From positions 1-33,957 of IMG/VR virus record IMGVR_UViG_3300032277_000041: a stretch of DNA of 33,957 nucleotides; one strand, 5' to 3'. Source of the DNA: a virus (lineage: Duplodnaviria > Caudoviricetes). Each line of letters opens with the position of its first letter. The first letter of the stretch is position 1. Position numbers and translations under genes: made by a program. The notes under the pieces were generated by a model, which saw nothing but the letters and a program-made list of their open reading frames with translations, made no database searches and was not told the origin of the DNA. Below are positions 8,973 through 16,072 of the stretch, in pieces.

Positions 8973-9257
8973 ATGACTAAATCTGCATTCCGAAATTACT
9001 ACTTGGTCCAACTGCACACCAACCGTATGCGCGTGCAGGATCGGATCGCACAGATCAAGCGCAGCATTTGCGTTGAAGAGGACAAGCACGGGATCGACCT
9101 GTACGGAAGCGCGAAAGGCCTCGACGAGTTGTGGTGGCGCGGAGAATCTGATGCCGCAGAGAAAGTTGCAGCCATGAACAGAGAACTCGTTGGCTTGAAA
9201 GTGCAGCACGACGAATGCTGCGCCGAAATCAACCGCGCTCGTCTGGCGATGAAATGA
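8973..9257 (+). CDS. Hypothetical early protein (94 aa)
   Basis: Conserved leader and RBS; coiled-coil-like sequence. Confidence 0.75.
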   Translation: MTKSAFRNYYLVQLHTNRMRVQDRIAQIKRSICVEEDKHGIDLYGSAKGLDELWWRGESDAAEKVAAMNRELVGLKVQHDECCAEINRARLAMK

Positions 9258-9439
9258 CCGCAGACCTCTACACGAAAGAGAGCCACCGTTTAGTCACTGT
9301 GCACGCCTGCGAGGCAGATGCCCGCGCCTGCGCGAAGGCCTGCACGCTCGACGGTTGCCCAACCAAGGCGTACCGGCGCACCGTCAAGATCTACGCAGGG
9401 ATGACGGTTGTGATCTGGATGACTGCGCCTGCGCGCTGA
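9254..9439 (+). CDS. Hypothetical protein (61 aa)
   Basis: ATGA overlap with the upstream gene; starts MTADLYTK. Confidence 0.6.
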   Translation: MTADLYTKESHRLVTVHACEADARACAKACTLDGCPTKAYRRTVKIYAGMTVVIWMTAPAR

Positions 9440-9560
9440 CCCGAATCAGATTATGCTGATCAGGCGATATGCTCCTGGGATGGAGTTGCTGCCGTCGCGC
9501 TTAGGCTTGCAGAGGCCCTCCGGCGCGGCGGCAGCATTTATCGCAACCAGGCAGGGATGC

Positions 9561-9599
9561 CTGATTTACCACACGGAGAAACGATGACTACACAACAAC
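9561..9599 (+). repeat. Direct repeat copy 1 (RBS plus MTTQQ codons)
   Basis: 32-bp exact match between 9568-9599 and 10634-10665; 37/39 identical when extended. Confidence 0.9.
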
Positions 9600-10630
9600 A
9601 TCGCTTTGTTTTAGGTGAGCGCGTGTCCGAGCCTGCAGTCTTGCCAGAGTCGGTGCATCTGGTCGTGACTAGCCCGCCGTACCCCATGGTGGAGATGTGG
9701 GACGCTTCGTTCTCGGCCCAGCAGCCAGCCGTAGGCAAAGCGCTATCCGCCGTAGATGGTTCCGGCGCCTTTGAAGCCATGCACTCGATTCTTGATGCCG
9801 TCTGGGCTGACTGCCATCGTGCGGTGGTTCCTGGCGGCTTGGTGTGTGTGAACGTGGGTGACGCTACCCGCAAGCTAGGGAACGACTTTCAACTGTTTTC
9901 CAATCACGCCCGCACGATTCAAGGGCTGCTGTCGGCCGGCTTTCAGTTGCTCCCTGACATCGTCTGGCGCAAACCCACCAATGCGCCCAACAAGTTCATG
10001 GGGTCGGGTATGCTCCCAGGTGGTGCCTACGTCACCTATGAGCATGAGTACATCATCATCGCGCGCAAGGGTGGGCGTCGCGTGTTTCGGACGGCGGCCG
10101 ACAAGGCTCGTCGGCGTCGCAGCGCATATTTCTGGGAGGAACGGAACCTGTGGTTTTCGGACGTGTGGCAGGGACTGACTGGTGTGAGACAGGCAATGAA
10201 GGGAACCAAGCGGTCGCGCAGTGGTGCGTTTCCCTTCGCGCTTCCCGCGCGTCTGATCGACATGTACTCACTGCAGGATGATTTGGTGATGGACCCGTTT
10301 GCGGGCACAGGCACGACCGCCCTGGCGGCGGCTGCCGCGGGTCGCCACAGTGTCTCGGTGGAAGCGGACGTCTCAATGCAGCCGGTTTTTGAACGCACGC
10401 TCAGCCGTGTGTGCGCGGTTTCATCAGGGCGGACGCGTCAGCGCCTCGATGCGCATCGCGCTTTTGTTGCTGCGCGGGTGGACTCAGGAAAGGCTGTTAA
10501 GCACGTCAGCCAGACCTATGGTTTTTCTGTGATGAGCAGACAGGAAGTTGAGATAGCTCTACCGGTTGCCACTAAAATATCTCGGTTGGATCAAAACAGA
10601 TGGAAGGTCGACGCGAAAATCGGTATCTGA
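9584..10630 (+). CDS. Beta-class amino-DNA methyltransferase, Zim/M.MthZI-like (probably m4C, CTAG)
   Basis: VVTSPPYPMVEMWD, NVGDATR, LPDIVWRKP, KFMGSGMLP, AYVTYEHEYI, AYFWEERNLWFSDVW and DPFAGTGTT. These blocks match my recollection of CTAG-specific m4C MTases of the haloarchaeal Zim family. Confidence 0.85.
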   Translation: MTTQQHRFVLGERVSEPAVLPESVHLVVTSPPYPMVEMWDASFSAQQPAVGKALSAVDGSGAFEAMHSILDAVWADCHRAVVPGGLVCVNVGDATRKLGNDFQLFSNHARTIQGLLSAGFQLLPDIVWRKPTNAPNKFMGSGMLPGGAYVTYEHEYIIIARKGGRRVFRTAADKARRRRSAYFWEERNLWFSDVWQGLTGVRQAMKGTKRSRSGAFPFALPARLIDMYSLQDDLVMDPFAGTGTTALAAAAAGRHSVSVEADVSMQPVFERTLSRVCAVSSGRTRQRLDAHRAFVAARVDSGKAVKHVSQTYGFSVMSRQEVEIALPVATKISRLDQNRWKVDAKIGI

Positions 10631-10665
10631 TCAACCACACGGAGAAACGATGACTACACAACAAC
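10627..10665 (+). repeat. Direct repeat copy 2 (RBS plus MTTQQ codons)
   Basis: Matches 9561-9599. Confidence 0.9.
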
Positions 10666-10847
10666 GCACGCACCTCGTCGTCTGGCTGCTGGTCCTCTGG
10701 GACTTCTGCGACGACCTCCTGACTGATGCGCTGCTCTGCGGAGATGGTGCGCGCGAGACTATGGCGGCCCTCGATGACATCGAGACGGAGCTAGAGCGCC
10801 TGGGTATCGACGTGCGAGACGTACCCGGTGCGGTCCGCGCGCTATGA
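10650..10847 (+). CDS. Hypothetical protein (65 aa)
   Basis: Start MTTQQRTHL after CCACACGGAGAAACG. Confidence 0.7.
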   Translation: MTTQQRTHLVVWLLVLWDFCDDLLTDALLCGDGARETMAALDDIETELERLGIDVRDVPGAVRAL

Positions 10848-10938
10848 TCACGCCGATGGGTGCTGCAACACATCACATATGAAAATCGACACGGTTGGAA
10901 CCCGCAGCGCCCATCGGCACATCTCTCGGAGGCCTACC

Positions 10939-11316
10939 ATGTCTGCCACGCTCACTGCCATCGCTGTCATCTCCGCACTCCTCGTCGGCATCGGCGCAGG
11001 GTGGGGACTGAAGCCAGTGCCGGACACTGCTGACGCACTCGCAGAGCAGGCTCGCGCCATCGAGGCCATCCAGACAGGTCAGACGGAGCTAGCTAGCAGC
11101 CTGACTCGACCGATCGTCATCGACGCGGAAATCAGATCGCAGTTGGCAGAGGTGCCGGTGCAATGCCTGAAGGGCGCAGGCGGAGACCCGCTCGGAGTGC
11201 AGTGCCAGTGGAGCACGTGCATTCAGCACGGTTCCTCCAGTGCGCAGAGGCCAGAGTGCCGCGCCATCTCAGACCTGCTGGTAGAGCAGATGCGAGGAGC
11301 AGCCTGCGCTGATTGA
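10939..11316 (+). CDS. Membrane-anchored or secreted Cys-rich protein
   Basis: GGAGG RBS; N-terminal hydrophobic helix, short coiled coil, 5 Cys in the C-terminal half. Confidence 0.7.
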   Translation: MSATLTAIAVISALLVGIGAGWGLKPVPDTADALAEQARAIEAIQTGQTELASSLTRPIVIDAEIRSQLAEVPVQCLKGAGGDPLGVQCQWSTCIQHGSSSAQRPECRAISDLLVEQMRGAACAD

Positions 11317-11317
11317 C

Positions 11318-11893
11318 CTATGGCCAGGCGTCGAGGATCGCTCGCGCATGAGTGTCGATGGCGTCAGCAGTCAGCAGGTCGCGATGGTCTGGCTGGTCGA
11401 TGAAGCCAAGCTCTAGCAGCACCGCAGCGACGCCTGCAGGCGTGACCGCGTAGGACGGCTCGATGAGATTTGCTGCGTTGTTCCACGTGGAACGTGTGGC
11501 AGCGATGCAGCGCGCCCGCCAGCGACCGTCGAACAAGTCTGCGACCGTGGAGCACCAGGCGCCAGCGAGACCAGCGCCAGTCGTCGATCGGGGGTCGTAC
11601 ATTCCGAGGATGTAGCTACCGCCACCTGCGTTGACGTGGAGATGGCAAACGACGCCAGGCCCTGCGCCAATGGCTGCATGGGCAGACTCGCGACGCGAGG
11701 TGTAGGTCCATGGTCCATCGCGGTCCGAGTCGTGGATCGAGACGCGCGACCCGCCCAACGCGCGTGCACGATCTGCTACCGCTCGGACGATGTCTGCCTC
11801 TTGTCCCATGTCTGACGTCGCGCCTGGATCCCACCGGTACTGACCACTCTTGCTGCGGTGTCCGTGACCTTGGATGATCGCGATGTGCATCAT
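11318..11893 (-). CDS. Endolysin, N-acetylmuramoyl-L-alanine amidase (Amidase_3)
   Basis: Zn-amidase motifs IIQGHG, E, HLHVNA and LLELGFID. Confidence 0.88.
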   Translation of the reverse strand: MMHIAIIQGHGHRSKSGQYRWDPGATSDMGQEADIVRAVADRARALGGSRVSIHDSDRDGPWTYTSRRESAHAAIGAGPGVVCHLHVNAGGGSYILGMYDPRSTTGAGLAGAWCSTVADLFDGRWRARCIAATRSTWNNAANLIEPSYAVTPAGVAAVLLELGFIDQPDHRDLLTADAIDTHARAILDAWP

Positions 11894-12171
11894 GCAGACC
11901 GGTCAAGCTTGGCGTACAGCCCACCGACCTTTCGCTCGATCCGTTCGCCCTGCTCTTTGCAGTCGCGCATGCTTTCTAGCCAAGCCTCTCGATCTTTGCC
12001 GTGCTCGTCGATGAGTCGATCCACTTGGGCAAGATGGGAGTCAACCCAGCGCGTGCAGGCCGGGATGATGGTATTTTGGAGGAATCGCCACAGTGCGAGA
12101 CCGATCGTCAGCAGCAGCAGGAGCGATGAGGTCGGACCTGTAGCTAGAGTCAGCAACGTGGTCTCATCCAT
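11890..12171 (-). CDS. Putative holin (single TM plus coiled coil)
   Basis: N-terminal TM (LLLLLTIGLALW); directly upstream of the amidase. Confidence 0.65.
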   Translation of the reverse strand: MDETTLLTLATGPTSSLLLLLTIGLALWRFLQNTIIPACTRWVDSHLAQVDRLIDEHGKDREAWLESMRDCKEQGERIERKVGGLYAKLDRSA

Positions 12172-12451
12172 CAGACTGACTCCAGGCCAGCGTGGCTGCC
12201 GTGAGGCCGAGTTGATCTAGATGCGACTTCAGCACACCGGTCTGCCCTGCTGCGATGCGCGCGAGGATGTCTGCGCGGACCTGCGCAACGGTCGCGGAGT
12301 CGACGCCCGTGCAGATCATGCCGACCTCCAGATCGTCTGCCGGAACTAGCTGCATCGAGGCGCTAGCTAGCGGTGCAGTTGCGTCGATGTGCGCGAGCGC
12401 AGACCCATCGTCAGCATATGCGATCTCGACCAGCCTGAGTGCGTCGCTCAT
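12164..12451 (-). CDS. Hypothetical protein, possible tail fibre chaperone
   Basis: Start MSDALR overlaps the stop of the preceding gene; lies just after the receptor-binding candidate. Confidence 0.55.
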   Translation of the reverse strand: MSDALRLVEIAYADDGSALAHIDATAPLASASMQLVPADDLEVGMICTGVDSATVAQVRADILARIAAGQTGVLKSHLDQLGLTAATLAWSQSDG

Positions 12452-13263
12452 TTGTACCTCTGAACTAGAATGCGAGTCACGGTGCAATCTGCCTTCTCAC
12501 CGACGCCGACGTAGGCGTTTAGCCCGTTTGACTGGTATATAGGTGTTGTCCCGTTTAGGCCTACAGCATCCCCGCCCACCGTTATGGTACCAGAACCGCC
12601 CGGTAGCGGGGTGGGTGGCGTAGTGCCTGACGTGTCCATGACCTCAACAATCGCGCCAGACAGGACGATCGAGGTGACGACCCGCGATGTCTTGATCGCT
12701 GTAGTCGCCAGCACGCTACTGTTGGACGTGTTGCTGCGCACGCGCACGTCCTCGTTGGTGCCATCGTTGTTGTCTTTTAGGAAGATGCCGCGCGCCTCTC
12801 CGCCGTTATGGCTGTTATTGTTGCCCTTGTTGACCCCAATGAACGCCTGCGAAGATCCTGCACTTGGGTAGACGAGAGACGTGATGACCACGTGGACCGC
12901 GTAGATGTACGACGACACATCTGCCCGCGTGTAGCTAGCAAGCAGCGCGTCGATGTCCCATGACGCCGTGACCGTACCCGATCCGGTTCCGCCATCGCAC
13001 AGCAGGCCAGTTCCGTTGGTGGCTGTCACGCTGCCATTCGCGCTGGAGTAGCGAGTGACTGTCTGCGATAGCGTGGCGTCGCTGCTCTCAAATTGCAGAG
13101 TGACCGTGCCGCTCGTCTGTGCACTTTCCGTGGTCACGTCTGTGCAGTCAATGTCTACGAGGGTAGTCCACGAGCCAGTGCCACCACCACCGCCACCGCC
13201 ACCGCCACCGCTGGCGGTGTTCGGAGTCGATGGAAATGCTGGTGCGCTGGGGTACGCCATCAC
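12448..13263 (-). CDS. Putative receptor-binding/tail fibre protein
   Basis: Short N-terminal anchor, Gly-run linker, Ser/Thr/Gly/Asn-rich beta-type domain; last gene block of the tail operon. Confidence 0.6.
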   Translation of the reverse strand: MMAYPSAPAFPSTPNTASGGGGGGGGGGTGSWTTLVDIDCTDVTTESAQTSGTVTLQFESSDATLSQTVTRYSSANGSVTATNGTGLLCDGGTGSGTVTASWDIDALLASYTRADVSSYIYAVHVVITSLVYPSAGSSQAFIGVNKGNNNSHNGGEARGIFLKDNNDGTNEDVRVRSNTSNSSVLATTAIKTSRVVTSIVLSGAIVEVMDTSGTTPPTPLPGGSGTITVGGDAVGLNGTTPIYQSNGLNAYVGVGEKADCTVTRILVQRYK

Positions 13264-13676
13264 TGGCCTCCGACGATCGGCAGCACGTAGACATCAACGG
13301 TGCCTGCGTTGTCAGACGACCCATCGGGGACCAGGCGCACATAAAGCGACCGGCCTGCATCGAGCGTGACCATCCCACCGATGCGCGCGCTGTTTGCCTG
13401 ATCGGCCTTCGCAGTCGACGCAGCCTGGTACAGCATCGCGGAGTTCGCAGGGACGGTGCTCTGACTAGCTACCGCCTCGTGAATGTCAGTGCGGTAGTTT
13501 GTGCAGGAACCGCTGACCGCGTACGTGTGGACCTGAGACAGTACGCAGGCTGCGGGCAGGTGCTCACCGACCAACAGCTCTTGCACGGTGGTCCCGCTCG
13601 CACTCGAAAACGTGCAGCGCAGGCGGTGCAGTTGGTGGCCGTTGGCGTCAACGTGGATGGTTTTCGAGACAGCCAT
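13260..13676 (-). CDS. Putative virion structural protein (138 aa)
   Basis: GAGGAGG RBS; beta-rich sequence; within the tail module. Confidence 0.6.
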   Translation of the reverse strand: MAVSKTIHVDANGHQLHRLRCTFSSASGTTVQELLVGEHLPAACVLSQVHTYAVSGSCTNYRTDIHEAVASQSTVPANSAMLYQAASTAKADQANSARIGGMVTLDAGRSLYVRLVPDGSSDNAGTVDVYVLPIVGGQ

Positions 13677-13706
13677 GGGGCCTCCTCTGCTGTTTTTTGG
13701 AGGGTA

Positions 13707-15299
13707 TCACGCTTCGGGCAGTATGTGCAGACGCAGTGCAACGGTGCCTGCAGACCAGTCGCAGGAGATCGACGTGACCATAGCCGGTCGCAAGATCGCA
13801 CCAGTGCTGGTGACGCTCGTGCTGCGAGCCATCGTCGTGCGGTCCCAGACTCCAGCATGGTTGAGGTCGACCCAGTCACCGACGCATAGCTGCGCAGCCT
13901 CCAGCGTAGCTAGCACATCAACCACGACGCAGATCCTGGTGTGCCACGGTCCCGCGCGCCTGGCGATCGACTCATTGATCTTCTGCTGGTTCTGGTAGAC
14001 GTTGGGGTAGCCGTCGACGATAGGGCTGTCAGCGATCGTCGCGATCATAGGCCTGGTGTCAGGCGCCTCTGCGATGGCTCCCCAGTCGCTCAGAAGTTGA
14101 CCGCGCACCGTGAAGTAGCGCGCCTCGACTCCATTGCTCGGATCGTAGTTGCTCCGGTCAGGCAGTCCGGCTGCGAGGATGTTGCTGCCGTCTAGCTTCA
14201 GCACGAACGGTGGCGTATGCCTCCAGTAGTCGAGCGCAGGCCGGATCGAGATGTCACCCTGGCGCGTGCACAGCCACAGACCGTAGCGCTGCAGTTCAGT
14301 CTGCAACCACTGCAGAGCAGGCCCCTGCGGAGTCGTGCTGACCGTGTGGACGATGTACGACCCTGATGAGATTGTGCCGTTCAGTCGACCTGCCGTCTGA
14401 GTGAATCCAGCCACATCGATCAGCCCTTCAGGGACAGCGAGTCCCCACGACTTTGGAAGCGTGTCGTAGATGCCGTTCGTGCCTGTGCCAGTCGACACGA
14501 GGATGCGCAGTGCCATGTCGACCGGATGGCGTTCGATCCAGCAGACCTCTTGGACTTTGTCACCTGCAGATGCGTTGGAGCCAGTCGTGTTGAACTGCGC
14601 TGCGGTCGACACCCCTGTCAGGTTGTTTCCTGAGACCCCAGTGTAGGTCAAAATGTATGGGCTACCGCCTCCGCTCGGAGTCACGAGCACCGCACCATCC
14701 TTGCCGGTCTCGCGCTGCATCGTGGGAGACGCAGTCAGTTGGAGCGTCGTGTGCGATCCGAATGTAAACGGCGCAGATAGCGTGCCAGTCCTCGCGCTGT
14801 CTTCGGAGCAGTCGAAGAACAGCCCTGAGTCGTTCCCGCTGTTTGCAGTGCCTGGTGCGACCGCCGCCTCTGGTCGACTGATGACAAGTGCGAGCGGTCC
14901 CCATCCTGACACGAGCGACTGCGGACCGACTCCAGACACGTCGCGCGCCTGACCTGCGATGATGCGCTGACCCATCCCTGCACCGAAAAGACGCAGGTGA
15001 ACTTCGCAGGCTGCGCCTCTCGGCAGGGCATCGACTGCCCACTGACCAGCATCGATCCCAGCGACCGCGACACGCCACTGCGACTGGCTGACATCTAAAC
15101 TAGGAATCGACAGCGACTGCGACGACAGCGCGAGCGGTGCGCCTGGCGACAGTGCGACCAGACCGGTCGAGGCCTGATCGGATCTAGCTAGCTGAGTCGG
15201 TCGACCAGGCACGAGGGTGAACGCAGGCATCTTGCGCAGCGTGTATGCGCAGGCAGCGGTGCGACCGAGCGCTGCGATAAATGTCGCAGACCATGCCAT
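13707..15299 (-). CDS. Tail tip/baseplate hub-like protein
   Basis: 530 aa; second gene after the tape measure; HPVD...LRIL and C-terminal LCVGDWVDL hub-like motifs. Confidence 0.65.
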   Translation of the reverse strand: MAWSATFIAALGRTAACAYTLRKMPAFTLVPGRPTQLARSDQASTGLVALSPGAPLALSSQSLSIPSLDVSQSQWRVAVAGIDAGQWAVDALPRGAACEVHLRLFGAGMGQRIIAGQARDVSGVGPQSLVSGWGPLALVISRPEAAVAPGTANSGNDSGLFFDCSEDSARTGTLSAPFTFGSHTTLQLTASPTMQRETGKDGAVLVTPSGGGSPYILTYTGVSGNNLTGVSTAAQFNTTGSNASAGDKVQEVCWIERHPVDMALRILVSTGTGTNGIYDTLPKSWGLAVPEGLIDVAGFTQTAGRLNGTISSGSYIVHTVSTTPQGPALQWLQTELQRYGLWLCTRQGDISIRPALDYWRHTPPFVLKLDGSNILAAGLPDRSNYDPSNGVEARYFTVRGQLLSDWGAIAEAPDTRPMIATIADSPIVDGYPNVYQNQQKINESIARRAGPWHTRICVVVDVLATLEAAQLCVGDWVDLNHAGVWDRTTMARSTSVTSTGAILRPAMVTSISCDWSAGTVALRLHILPEA

Positions 15300-16072
15300 C
15301 AGTACAGCCTGCCGAGTTGGCTGAACCGGTCGATGGTCGTCCGAGCCTGACCGACTGACCCTGCGAGCGCGTCGCCAGACTGACCGAGCGACCAGGCCTC
15401 CGCCATGTCTTCGCGCAGTTCCAGACGCAGATCGAAGGTGCGACCGCGCGAGGAAGACGTGATGATTGGGTTGTCAAGTTGGTCGTCTGGCAGCTTCAGG
15501 TGCGGGTAGAAAGTGCGCCGTCTGCACAGCAGCATCCCTGGATGGTCGTACCGCAGGTTGCGAGAAAGCTGCACCAGGAACGTCGACCCGATCGCCGTGA
15601 TGGATTGCACTTTGTGCACCTCTCGCGCGCCGCCTGGACTCGGTGACTGGATGACCACCTCGTCACCTGAGAGGATCGACGCCGATGGATCCCACGGCGC
15701 ATACTTGTTTGCCGGGATGCCGATGACGTTGACGCCTCGCGACGCGCCTGCAACGGTGTAGCTACCAAACGCTGCACGACTACCGACTGCGACGCCGATC
15801 GAGTAGCCTGCGAGCAGGTGCGACTGCAGCGACCGGAGACCACGGATGGCGATGGCCTCGTTGGTCACGTCTGGTCGGAGGTGCTGACGGATCAAGACGA
15901 CCCGTCGCCAGTCGCCATAAAGCTGTCGAGTCATGCCGCCTGCGATCGTCTCGGCAGTCGCTGCGTTGACTTCAGGGTCTTCGTCCTGCAGGTCGGAGAT
16001 GAAGTCTGGAATCGTGATGGTCTCCAGATTCCCAGTCCCCATCGGGTACCAGCTAATCGTCGTTGCGCTCAT
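15299..16072 (-). CDS. Distal tail-like protein
   Basis: Directly follows the tape measure gene; 257 aa. Confidence 0.55.
   Translation of the reverse strand: MSATTISWYPMGTGNLETITIPDFISDLQDEDPEVNAATAETIAGGMTRQLYGDWRRVVLIRQHLRPDVTNEAIAIRGLRSLQSHLLAGYSIGVAVGSRAAFGSYTVAGASRGVNVIGIPANKYAPWDPSASILSGDEVVIQSPSPGGAREVHKVQSITAIGSTFLVQLSRNLRYDHPGMLLCRRRTFYPHLKLPDDQLDNPIITSSSRGRTFDLRLELREDMAEAWSLGQSGDALAGSVGQARTTIDRFSQLGRLY

Noticed and set aside
9561-10665. Transposon with target-site duplication, or a DGR template/variable repeat pair
   Set aside because: No transposase, terminal inverted repeats or reverse transcriptase; the repeat is too short and lacks adenine-specific variation.
9584-10847. Complete restriction-modification system
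   Set aside because: No cognate endonuclease nearby; the adjacent 65-aa ORF is too short and lacks nuclease motifs.
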